A stretch of DNA of 64,000 nt, taken from contig CAZNDK010000012.1 in assembly GCA_964571795.1 (NCBI GenBank), positions 2,029 through 66,028 on the forward strand, written 5' to 3'. Numbering within the stretch: the first letter of the stretch is position 1; every line of letters starts with the position of its first letter. Position numbers and translations under genes: made by a program. This document shows positions 1 to 7,955 of the stretch, piece by piece. The notes under the pieces were generated by a model. That model was not told where the DNA came from, made no database searches, and worked only from the letters and a program-made list of their open reading frames with translations. Source of the stretch: an uncultured Gemmatimonadaceae bacterium. Lineage in GTDB: Bacteria > Gemmatimonadota > Gemmatimonadetes > Gemmatimonadales > GWC2-71-9.

Positions 1-677
1 AGTCGCTCCAGGAAAGCCTTCACTGCCCCGGGGTGGATCCCTTCCGGCACGGCGTCGAGCGCCAGGTTCACCGCATCCCGGAGCAGGCCCCAGGTGCCCA
101 CGGTGATCACGGCCGCGATGGCAAGGCTGACCGCCGGATCAACCCAAAGCCAGCCGGTCCGCTGCATGAGGACAGCCGCCACCACGACTCCCCCAGACAC
201 CGCGGCGTCGGCGGCCATGTGGGCAAAAGCGCCTCGGACGTTGAGATCCCGCTTCCGGCCTCGAAGGAACAACAGCGCGGTGCCAGCGTTCACCCCGATG
301 CCGATCAGCGCCACGATGATCACGACCCCGGAGGCGACGGGGGCCGGCCGCTGCAATCGGCCGATCGCCTCCCAGGCGATGGCCCCCACCGCAAGCAGTA
401 ACAGGATGGCATTCGCCAGGGCGGCCAGGATGGATGTCCGGCGCAGCCCGTAGGTGCGACGAGGGGAGGGGCGCCGGGCGCCCAGTGCGGCCGCCCCCCA
501 GGCCAGCAGGAGACCCAGGACGTCGCTCAAATTGTGCCCGGCGTCCGCCACCAGCGCGAGCGAATGGGCCCGAAGCCCGCACACCGTCTCCACCGCCACA
601 AAGGCCAGGTTGAGGGTCACCCCCACAGCGAAGGCGCGATTCAGGCTGACGGCCCCGTGTCCGTGATCGTGACCCAT
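1..677 (-). CDS. czcD: Cation diffusion facilitator (CDF) metal efflux transporter, CzcD/ZitB-like; the C-terminus lies beyond the left window edge
   Basis: Absent from the ORF track because there is no stop in the window. My minus-strand translation from ATG (675-677) reads MGHDHGHGAVSLNRAFAVGVTLNLAFVAVETVCGLRAHSLALVADAGHNLSDVLGLLLAW... and stays open to base 1 (...AVNLALDAVPEGIHPGAVKAFLERL). It has a His-rich N-terminus and the HSLALxADAGHxLSD TM2 metal-site motif typical of CDF transporters. GGAG lies about 9 nt upstream of the ATG. Confidence 0.85.
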   Translation of the reverse strand, partial: MGHDHGHGAVSLNRAFAVGVTLNLAFVAVETVCGLRAHSLALVADAGHNLSDVLGLLLAWGAAALGARRPSPRRTYGLRRTSILAALANAILLLLAVGAIAWEAIGRLQRPAPVASGVVIIVALIGIGVNAGTALLFLRGRKRDLNVRGAFAHMAADAAVSGGVVVAAVLMQRTGWLWVDPAVSLAIAAVITVGTWGLLRDAVNLALDAVPEGIHPGAVKAFLER

Positions 678-703
678 GATCCGAACTCCATTCCAGCGAC
701 GAA

Positions 704-1087
704 GTGGTGGTGGATGTTATACTTGTATTCATGATTGCCGTCTTCCGCCACCTGGCCCGTACCGCCTGCGCCCTGCTGATCGTGGCGGGTCTGGGGTTCT
801 CGATGGTGGAGACCGCCCTCTGCGACCTCCGGACGGGCCGAGGGCTGGTTCATGGTGCTGACGTCGGCACGACTCCGACGGCCAGTGCGTCCACCGATCC
901 ATCGACTCCGGCGGCACCCGTGGGCGGCACCGGGTATTGTAGCTGCATCCACACCTTTCCGGATCGCGCCGCAGGCGCCGAAAGCGTAACCGGGGTGGTC
1001 ACTTCGCTCCCCGATCCGGTCAGGCGACCTGCCCAATTTCCCATCAGCCGTACCGCTGCACCGCTCGTCCCGCCTCCCATAGCCTGA
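704..1087 (+). CDS. Small membrane-anchored or exported Cys-containing protein heading the czcCBA operon (unknown function; positionally like CzcI)
   Basis: ORF-track entry of 127 aa with clear G/C third-position bias in this frame. Features: N-terminal hydrophobic helix (ACALLIVAGLGF), a Cys just after it (ALCD), a Ser/Thr/Pro-rich linker, a GYCSCIH motif, and a Pro-rich tail (...APLVPPPIA). ATG 731 (MIAVFRHLAR...) is the more likely start. The architecture matches ORF 50852-51232. Confidence 0.55.
   Translation: MVVDVILVFMIAVFRHLARTACALLIVAGLGFSMVETALCDLRTGRGLVHGADVGTTPTASASTDPSTPAAPVGGTGYCSCIHTFPDRAAGAESVTGVVTSLPDPVRRPAQFPISRTAAPLVPPPIA
718..723 (+). promoter_or_regulatory. Candidate -10 box TATACT, 7 nt upstream of ATG 731 (leaderless-type arrangement for the small Cys protein / czcCBA unit)
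   Basis: Read directly: ggatgtTATACTtgtattcATGattgcc. There is no Shine-Dalgarno between the box and the ATG. This is the AT-richest patch of the czcD/czcC divergent region. No convincing -35. Confidence 0.3.
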
Positions 1088-1240
1088 TCCTCACCCGTCC
1101 CGCGTAGGGGCTGGTTGCGCCATTCCCACTTTGTGGGAGTCGGCCGCGCCTTTGCTCCCCATCGCCGGACGCTTGTCCCAAACTCGAAATTTGGGGCGGC
1201 CGAGCGATTCAGGTCGCCAGCGCAACCACACGAGAGTGCC

Positions 1241-2581
1241 ATGACCAAACAGCAGATGCGAATCCGGTTCGCCGCCGCGCTCATGATGTTCGGCCTGTGG
1301 TTCCCAGCCAGTCTGCCGGCGCAGGGAGGCCCGCCACGGGATTCTCTCACGGCGGCGCTCCTGAACCTGGTGTTTGACCGGCAGCCCGAGCTGGCGGCCC
1401 GCCGGGCCGCCGTGGCGATGGCAGAGGCACGATACCGAGCCGCGGGGCCAGTTGAAGCCCCGGCGGTCGGCTTCGAAATCGAGAACATTCCCGATGGGGT
1501 GAACCTGGCCGACGCCGGGCAGATCCGCCTGGTGGTGGAGCGCGAATTCCTGACCGGATCACGGCGCGCGGCGGACCGGGCCCTGGCGCAAGCCGCGTGG
1601 GATGCGGCCGCCGTGCGGCTCGAGCTTGCCGAGCGGAGCATCGGTGCCGTGCTGTCGGCCGATCTCGCAGTGTGGCTCGGCGGCCGGGAAGTCGCCGCCC
1701 GGCTCGCCGCGGAAGACACCCTCCTGCAGGATACCGAAGCCAGCCTTGAGGCCCGGTTCGCCGCCGGAGATGCTCGGTACGTCGATGTCCTCCGGATTCG
1801 AAGCGAACGGCTTCGGGCCCGGTCCGAGCGGGCCGATGCGCTCCTGGGCAGCCAGGAGGCCAGGCGGCAACTCGAGGGCTTGATCGCAGCCGGCGATTCC
1901 GGTGTGCCGGCCCTGCAGGCACTGCTCGAACGCTTCGTCGAACTCCCGCCAAGAATAACGGGCGAGGCACTTCCTCTCCCTCCCGACGTGGACAGCCTTG
2001 TCGCCGCGCTCGGCACACTTCGGCTCGGCGCTCTCGAGGTGGCAGGTGCTCGCGCGCGGGCCGACGAGGTGCGCGCGTCGCGCAGCGCCCGCCTGTTCGG
2101 CGCGATCGGCGTGCAACGCTACGGCGACACCACGGACGGATTCACCGTGGGCCCTTCCCTGCGCGCCGCCGTCACGCTCCCATTTGCCGTAGGCGGGTCG
2201 ACACGGGCCTTGAACCAGGCCGCGGCGCTCGGCGTCGTGGAGGCCCAACAACACCAGGCCGCCGCCACGAACCAACTTCGGACCGCCCTGCTCACCGCGC
2301 GAGACCGCTACGTCGTCGCCTTGGAGCGAATCCAGGTCTACGGGGATGCACTCCTGCTGGGCGCCCGCGAGGAACGCGAAGCGGCGGTCGCTGCCTATCG
2401 CTCGGGCCAGCTGTCACTGATCGAATTGTTGGACTTCGAGCGGGCACTCTCCCGGGTGGAGACCGGCCGAGTCCGTGCCGCCATCGATGCCCACGTCGCG
2501 TATGCCCACCTCATCCTCACGGCGGCAGGATTCACGCCGACGGGGGACGCCCTTTCTGCTACCGAGGCTGCCAATGACTGA
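1241..2581 (+). CDS. czcC: Outer membrane efflux protein, TolC/CzcC family (heavy-metal RND system)
   Basis: ORF 1115-2581, with the start moved to ATG 1241, which gives a signal peptide MTKQQMRIRFAAALMMFGLWFPASLPAQ. Two TolC-type repeat halves (…AVAMAEARYRAAG…, …LDFERALSRVETGRVRAAIDAHVAYAHL). The stop overlaps the next gene's start. Confidence 0.85.
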   Translation: MTKQQMRIRFAAALMMFGLWFPASLPAQGGPPRDSLTAALLNLVFDRQPELAARRAAVAMAEARYRAAGPVEAPAVGFEIENIPDGVNLADAGQIRLVVEREFLTGSRRAADRALAQAAWDAAAVRLELAERSIGAVLSADLAVWLGGREVAARLAAEDTLLQDTEASLEARFAAGDARYVDVLRIRSERLRARSERADALLGSQEARRQLEGLIAAGDSGVPALQALLERFVELPPRITGEALPLPPDVDSLVAALGTLRLGALEVAGARARADEVRASRSARLFGAIGVQRYGDTTDGFTVGPSLRAAVTLPFAVGGSTRALNQAAALGVVEAQQHQAAATNQLRTALLTARDRYVVALERIQVYGDALLLGAREEREAAVAAYRSGQLSLIELLDFERALSRVETGRVRAAIDAHVAYAHLILTAAGFTPTGDALSATEAAND

Positions 2582-3788
2582 CCTGGTTCTTCGCGTTCGG
2601 TGGCGCCGCACGCTCCTGCTCCTCGGCGTCGTGGCGCCGCTCCTGGCCTGTGGCGGTGCGGGCGCTCCGGATGCGTCGCTCCCGAGTCCACCAGACAGCG
2701 GCTCACCCACGGTGAAGCCAGCCACCACGCCGGATTCTGCACCTACCCGGGTCGTATTGACCGAGGCCGCGGCCACTGCGGCCGGTATCCGGACCGAGGC
2801 CGCAAGGCGGGCCGATGGCGCCTCCGATGGCATGCTGATCGATGCTCCGGGCCAGGTCGAGGCGGACCCGTCGCGCACGGCATTCGTCTCCCCGCGTGCC
2901 GCCGGCCGGCTCGAGCGACTCACCGCCGTCGTCGGCGACCGGGTGGCCGCGAACGAGGTGGTCGCCTGGGTCGTGAGCCCCGCATTCACCACCGCGCAGG
3001 CTGATTTTCAGCAGGCCACGCGACGGGCGCGGTTGCTCGCGAGCACCCCGGATTCCGCAGGCGCGCGGGCGCTTGAAAACGCCGCCGCGAGCCGGCTCCG
3101 GCTCCTGGGGCTGCGGGACGAAGAGTTGGCGCGTTTGGCGGGGGGAGGGGAGCCGTCGGCCTTGTTGCCGGTCACCACCCCGTTCGAGGGAAGCCTGGTG
3201 GAAGGGATGACGCTGGCCGGCGCTTCGGTCGAGTCGGGCACGCCGATCTTTCGGATCATCGACCTCCGGGAGTTGGACGTTGTTGCCGATGTCCCGGAGA
3301 GATTCCTCCCTGACCTGGAAGTGGGGCAAGTCGCCATCGTGTTGCTCGCGGCCTATCCGGACCTGCGGCTCCGAGGCCGGGTGGAGCGCATCCGGGATGA
3401 ACTGGACCCCACCACCCGGACGATTGAGGCCCTGGTGCACGTGTCGAACCGGAACCAGGCGCTTCGCCCGGGGATGTTCGCCAAGGTGCAGCTACAGGTG
3501 CAGGCGGGACCCGCCTCGCGAGCGGCGGCGGCGGAGGCCCCCCTGGTCATTCCCTCCACGGCGGTACTGACCGACGTGGATCAGCGGTATGTCTTCGTCG
3601 AGACGGCCCCCTACACCTACGACCGCCGCGTCATCGAGCTCGCAAGCAACGACGCCCGCTTCGGAGGCGTCGGGACCGGGGATGTCGTCGTCCATGGGGG
3701 GATTCGGCCGGGAGAGCGCGTGGTCGTCGACGGGGCATTCGCGCTCAAGTCCCAGTTGGCGAAAGCCAGCTTCGCCGAGGAGGAGTGA
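2574..3788 (+). CDS. czcB: Efflux RND periplasmic adaptor (membrane fusion protein), CzcB-like
   Basis: ORF 2475-3788. ATG 2574 overlaps the czcC stop. N-terminal TM/lipobox-like LLLGVVAPLLACGG. Lipoyl and beta-barrel MFP segments are present (ANEVVAWVVSPAF, GTPIFRIIDLRELDVVADVPE, RPGMFAKVQLQV). It sits directly upstream of the RND pump. Confidence 0.85.
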   Translation: MTDLVLRVRWRRTLLLLGVVAPLLACGGAGAPDASLPSPPDSGSPTVKPATTPDSAPTRVVLTEAAATAAGIRTEAARRADGASDGMLIDAPGQVEADPSRTAFVSPRAAGRLERLTAVVGDRVAANEVVAWVVSPAFTTAQADFQQATRRARLLASTPDSAGARALENAAASRLRLLGLRDEELARLAGGGEPSALLPVTTPFEGSLVEGMTLAGASVESGTPIFRIIDLRELDVVADVPERFLPDLEVGQVAIVLLAAYPDLRLRGRVERIRDELDPTTRTIEALVHVSNRNQALRPGMFAKVQLQVQAGPASRAAAAEAPLVIPSTAVLTDVDQRYVFVETAPYTYDRRVIELASNDARFGGVGTGDVVVHGGIRPGERVVVDGAFALKSQLAKASFAEEE

Positions 3789-3792
3789 CGGC

Positions 3793-6700
3793 ATGATCGA
3801 GCGCCTGATTGCCTGGGCCATTCGAAATGCCAGCGCAGTCTTCCTCGGAATACTGCTGCTGGTGGCCGGGGGGTCCTGGGCACTGCTCAATCTTCGGGTG
3901 GACGCCTTCCCCGACCTGACGGACGTCCAGGTCCAGGTGCTGGTCGACGCTCCAGGCCTTTCGCCCCTCGAGGTGGAGCGCCTGGTCGCGTTTCCGATCG
4001 AGGTCGCGCTGAACGGACTTCCGCGGGTCATCCAGGTGCGGTCTGTCAGCAAGTACGCCTTTGCGGGAATCACTGTCGTCTTCGAGGATGGCGTGGACCT
4101 GTACTTCGCCAGGACACTCGTGTCTGAGCGACTGCAGAGCGTGCGGGAGGGGCTTCCGCCCGGGGCGGAGGCATCACTCGGCCCACTCTCGGGGGCCACC
4201 AGCGAGATCTACCTCTACAGCATCGAGGGGGGTGGGCTCGACCAGACCCGCCTGCGGACGCTGCATGACCGGATCGTGCGACCACTCCTCCGGACCGTCC
4301 CGGGGGTCACGGAGATCAACACCTTCGGCGGCTTGGTGCGACAGGTCCAGATCGTGGTGAACCCGGAACGCCTGGTGAGTTACGGCCTCACCCTGCATGA
4401 CGTGGTGGAGGCGGTCCAGGCCAACAACAGCGTCGCCGCGGGTGGGTACCTGGAGGATGGCGATGAGCAGTACATCCTCCGCGGCCTGGGCCAGGCGACG
4501 GGGCTCGAGGACCTCCGGCACACGGTCATCCGCTCCAACGCACGCGGCGTCCCAGTGATGGTGAGCGACGTGGCGACGGTGAGCTTCGGGGCCCAAGTCC
4601 GCCAGGGCGCGGTATCCCGGGACGGACAGGGCGAAGTGGTGACGGGCATCGTCATGATGCTCAGGGGCGAGAACAGCCGTGAGGTGGTGCGACGGGTCGA
4701 GGCCCGGGTCAGGGAGATCAACGCGGCACTTCCGACAGGGGTCCGTGTCACGCCCTACTACGAGCAGTCCGACCTGGTCGAAGGCACGATTCACACCGTG
4801 CGGGGCAACCTGCTGGTCGGCGGATTCCTCGTGATCGCCATCTTGTTGCTTTTCCTGGGCAACGTCCGGGCGGCGGCCATCGTGGCGCTCACCATTCCCC
4901 TGTCACTCCTGTTCGCGGCGCTCGGCATGCGCTGGCTCGGGCTCTCGGCGAACCTGATGAGCCTCGGCGCCATCGATTTCGGCATGATCGTGGACGGCGC
5001 GGTGTTCATGGCCGAGCAGTTCGTTCGCCGGTTGCACGCGGACGAGGAGGAGGACCGCTTCCCCAAGACACGCGAGGCCTTCCTGGAGCGGCTGCGGACC
5101 CTCGCTTCCGAGGTCGGACGGCCCATCACCTTCGGCGTCCTCATCATCCTGCTGGTGTACGTACCGATCCTGAGCCTGGAGGGACTGGAAGGCCGCATGT
5201 TCCGCCCCATGGCGCTCACGGTGGCACTCGCCTTGTTCGGCAGCCTGGTGCTGGCCCTCACCTTCGTACCGGCGGCGGCCACCATTGTCTTCCGGCGCGG
5301 AGCGCCGGAGTCGAAAACGGCTCTCTGGCTGGCCGCCTGGTTGGATGCCCACTACACCCCCTGGCTTCGCCGCACGCTGTCAGCGCCCGTGCGCACGCTG
5401 GGCCTCGCCGCCGCGGTGTTTGTGGGGGCGCTCTTCCTCGTTCCGCGGCTGGGGACGGAGTTCCTGCCGGAACTGGACGAGGGATCCATTCTGGTCGAGA
5501 CCCGCCGGGATCCGAGCGTGTCGCTTACCACCTCCGTTGCCATGCAGGGGGAAATGGAACGGGTGCTCCGGGAGTTCCCTGAGGTGACCACGGTCGTGAG
5601 CCGCGTTGGACGCCCGGACATCGGCAGCGACCCGATGGGCCTCAGTCAGGCGGATGTCTTTGTGATGCTGAAGCCCAGGTCGGAGTGGCGCCGCGGTCTC
5701 ACGAAGGACAGCCTGGTCGCCGAGATGGAGGCCCGCCTCGAGGAGCGCGTGGCGGGGCTGTCGTACGGCTTCACCCAGCCGATCGCCATGCGACTCGACG
5801 AATTGATCAGCGGGGTCCGTGCCGACTTGGCGGTCAAGGTCTTCGGGGACGACCCGGAGACCAACCGCCGGATCGCGGAGGAGATCGGCGGCGTCGTCCG
5901 CGGGGTCCGAGGGGCCAGCCAGGTCCAGGTCGAAACCACCGAGGGCCAGGGCTACCTGAACGTGCGGATGAACCGGGACGCGCTGGCGCGCTTCGGCATT
6001 CCGGTGCAGGAGGTGCAGGAAGCCCTCGAAACGGCGGTAGGGGGGCGACCGGTCTCGCAGATCATCGAAGGGAGCTATGCGGTGGACGTCACCGTGCAGT
6101 ATCCCGCAGAGATGAAGGCATCCCCGGAGGCCATCGGCGCCATCACGATCCCGGGGCCTACCGGGGCGCGCATATCATTGTCCCAGCTGGCCGACATCCG
6201 GCTGCAGCCCGGGCCGGTTCAGGTACGCCGAGAACGCGCGCAACGGCTTGTGGTCGTCCAGGCGAATGTCACGGGACGGGATCTTGGTGGGTTTGTGGCG
6301 GATGTCCGGAAGGCCATCGAGGCACAGGTTCAGGTGCCGCCAGGGACGTTCCTCGCGTATGGCGGCCAGTTCGAGAACCAGAAGCGCGCCATGGCCAGGC
6401 TCACGGTGGTCGTCCCGATCGCAATCGCACTGATCGGCGTCCTGCTCTATGCCTCCCTCCGCTCCTGGACGCTCGCCGCCCTCGTGTTCGCCAACCTCCC
6501 GTTTGCCGCCGTCGGCGGCGTCGTGGCGCTGTGGATCCGGGGCTTGCACCTGAGCGTGTCAGCCTCGGTCGGATTCATCGCGCTATTCGGAGTTGCGGTG
6601 CTGAACGGGTTGGTCCTCCTCACCACGATCCAGCGGCACCGAGAGGAAGGGCTGGACGCCGGCGAGGCGGCGGAATTCGGCTCGCGGGAACGGTTGCGTC

Positions 6701-6894
6701 CGGTGCTGATGACGGCGCTTGTGGCGAGCATCGGATTCCTGCCCGTCGCGTTCTCCACCGGGACCGGGGCCGAGGTCCAGCGCCCGCTTGCCACGGTCGT
6801 GATCGGGGGGCTGGTGACCTCGACCGTCCTCACGCTGCTCGTCTTGCCGACGCTCTACGCGTGGTTGGGGAGGAGAACCGCCACCGAATCCTAG
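3793..6894 (+). CDS. czcA: Heavy-metal efflux RND permease, CzcA/CusA family
   Basis: ORF 3589-6894. The start at ATG 3793 (MIERLIAWAIRNASAVFLGILLL) gives 1033 aa with 12-TM RND topology. The TM4 motif DFGMIVDGAVFMAEQ (nt 4975-5019) resembles the divalent-cation HME-RND signature DFGxxxDGAxxxVEN. Confidence 0.95.
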   Translation: MIERLIAWAIRNASAVFLGILLLVAGGSWALLNLRVDAFPDLTDVQVQVLVDAPGLSPLEVERLVAFPIEVALNGLPRVIQVRSVSKYAFAGITVVFEDGVDLYFARTLVSERLQSVREGLPPGAEASLGPLSGATSEIYLYSIEGGGLDQTRLRTLHDRIVRPLLRTVPGVTEINTFGGLVRQVQIVVNPERLVSYGLTLHDVVEAVQANNSVAAGGYLEDGDEQYILRGLGQATGLEDLRHTVIRSNARGVPVMVSDVATVSFGAQVRQGAVSRDGQGEVVTGIVMMLRGENSREVVRRVEARVREINAALPTGVRVTPYYEQSDLVEGTIHTVRGNLLVGGFLVIAILLLFLGNVRAAAIVALTIPLSLLFAALGMRWLGLSANLMSLGAIDFGMIVDGAVFMAEQFVRRLHADEEEDRFPKTREAFLERLRTLASEVGRPITFGVLIILLVYVPILSLEGLEGRMFRPMALTVALALFGSLVLALTFVPAAATIVFRRGAPESKTALWLAAWLDAHYTPWLRRTLSAPVRTLGLAAAVFVGALFLVPRLGTEFLPELDEGSILVETRRDPSVSLTTSVAMQGEMERVLREFPEVTTVVSRVGRPDIGSDPMGLSQADVFVMLKPRSEWRRGLTKDSLVAEMEARLEERVAGLSYGFTQPIAMRLDELISGVRADLAVKVFGDDPETNRRIAEEIGGVVRGVRGASQVQVETTEGQGYLNVRMNRDALARFGIPVQEVQEALETAVGGRPVSQIIEGSYAVDVTVQYPAEMKASPEAIGAITIPGPTGARISLSQLADIRLQPGPVQVRRERAQRLVVVQANVTGRDLGGFVADVRKAIEAQVQVPPGTFLAYGGQFENQKRAMARLTVVVPIAIALIGVLLYASLRSWTLAALVFANLPFAAVGGVVALWIRGLHLSVSASVGFIALFGVAVLNGLVLLTTIQRHREEGLDAGEAAEFGSRERLRPVLMTALVASIGFLPVAFSTGTGAEVQRPLATVVIGGLVTSTVLTLLVLPTLYAWLGRRTATES

Positions 6895-6934
6895 AGCCGG
6901 CCTCGCAGCGATTCTCGCTCGAAATGGCCGGCTC
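6894..6934. terminator. GC-rich hairpin between convergent czcA and korB (candidate bidirectional terminator)
   Basis: gagccggcc (6894-6902) pairs perfectly with ggccggctc (6926-6934), giving a 9-bp stem. The 23-nt loop holds a smaller gcga/tcgc stem. No U-tract. Confidence 0.4.
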
Positions 6935-6950
6935 CCGGTCACGTTGGGGG

Positions 6951-7955
6951 CTACACCTTCCAGGTCTTCCCCTGCTTCAGGAGCGCCGCCACGTCCGTCG
7001 ACCCGGCCGAGGATTGCCCGTACACGGCGGTAGTGTAGTCCGGCACCGGTGCGCAGTACAGCACGCCGATGGCCACCGGGGCCGGCGGCTCCAGCGCGGC
7101 CAGCATGCCCGCCAGCACGCGGTTGGTCTCGTCGTGGACCAGGACCTCTTCCATCGACGCGCCGTTTTCGCCGACGGTCACCACCTCGAGCGTCAGCGCC
7201 GAGGCATCGAGCCGGAGGCCCTGCTTCCTGTCCTTCCCGAAGAGCATCGGCTTGCCGTGCTCGACATGCAGCTGGCGCTCGTCGGCCGCGGCGCGGTCGG
7301 TGAACTCGTCGAACACCCCGTCGTTGAACACCAGGCAGTTCTGGAACACCTCCACGAACGAGGCGCCCCGGTGGGCATGCGCCAGCTTGAGCGTATCCAC
7401 CAGGGGCCCCTGCTGGGTGTCGATGCCCCGGGCAACGAACCGCGCGCCCGCGCCGAGGGCGAAGGTGGCGGCGGAGAGCGGCCGCTCCAGTGACCCCAGC
7501 GGCGAGGTCGGGCTCTTGGTGCCCTGCCGCGACGTGGGTGAATACTGCCCCTTCGTGAGGCCGTAGATCTCGTTGTTGAACAGGATGATCTGCAGGTCCA
7601 CGTTGCGCCGCAGCACGTGCAGCATGTGATTGCCGCCGATGGACAGGCCGTCGCCGTCGCCGGTCATGACCCAGACGTCGAGGCCCGGATTGGCCAGCTT
7701 GACCCCGGTGGCCACCGCGGGGGCGCGGCCGTGCACCGTGTGGAACCCGTAGGTGGACACGTAGTAGGGGAAGCGCGACGAGCAGCCGATGCCGGACACG
7801 AAGACGGTGTTTTCCCGGCGCGCCCCGACGTCGGACAGCACCTTCTGCACCGCCTTCAGGATCGCGTAATCGCCGCATCCCGGACACCAGCGGACCTCCT
7901 GGTCCGAGGCGTAGTCCTTCGGCTGCAGCTTGACCGGCGCCGTGGTGGCGGTCAT
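6951..7955 (-). CDS. korB: 2-oxoacid:ferredoxin oxidoreductase, beta (TPP-binding) subunit
   Basis: C-terminal 334 aa of ORF-track entry 6951-9323, starting at ATG 7955 (MTATTAPVKLQPKDYASDQEVRWCPGCGDYAILKAV...GIGCSSRFPYY...MTGDGDGLSIGGNH...). CPGCGD and GDGD TPP motifs are present. 4-nt overlap with korA. Confidence 0.9.
   Translation of the reverse strand: MTATTAPVKLQPKDYASDQEVRWCPGCGDYAILKAVQKVLSDVGARRENTVFVSGIGCSSRFPYYVSTYGFHTVHGRAPAVATGVKLANPGLDVWVMTGDGDGLSIGGNHMLHVLRRNVDLQIILFNNEIYGLTKGQYSPTSRQGTKSPTSPLGSLERPLSAATFALGAGARFVARGIDTQQGPLVDTLKLAHAHRGASFVEVFQNCLVFNDGVFDEFTDRAAADERQLHVEHGKPMLFGKDRKQGLRLDASALTLEVVTVGENGASMEEVLVHDETNRVLAGMLAALEPPAPVAIGVLYCAPVPDYTTAVYGQSSAGSTDVAALLKQGKTWKV

Noticed and set aside
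850-2016. 388-aa minus-strand ORF (plus 1347-2018 and 1559-2275) antisense to czcC
   Set aside because: Its composition is low-complexity Arg/Ser/Ala/Pro, while the opposite strand has clear TolC/CzcC homology and a signal peptide. This is a typical stop-poor antisense frame in very GC-rich DNA.
5685-7493. 602-aa plus-strand ORF running from inside czcA across the intergenic hairpin into korB antisense
   Set aside because: It is Arg/Gly/Pro-rich with no recognisable domain. It crosses a convergent intergenic region and overlaps two genes with strong homology in other frames.
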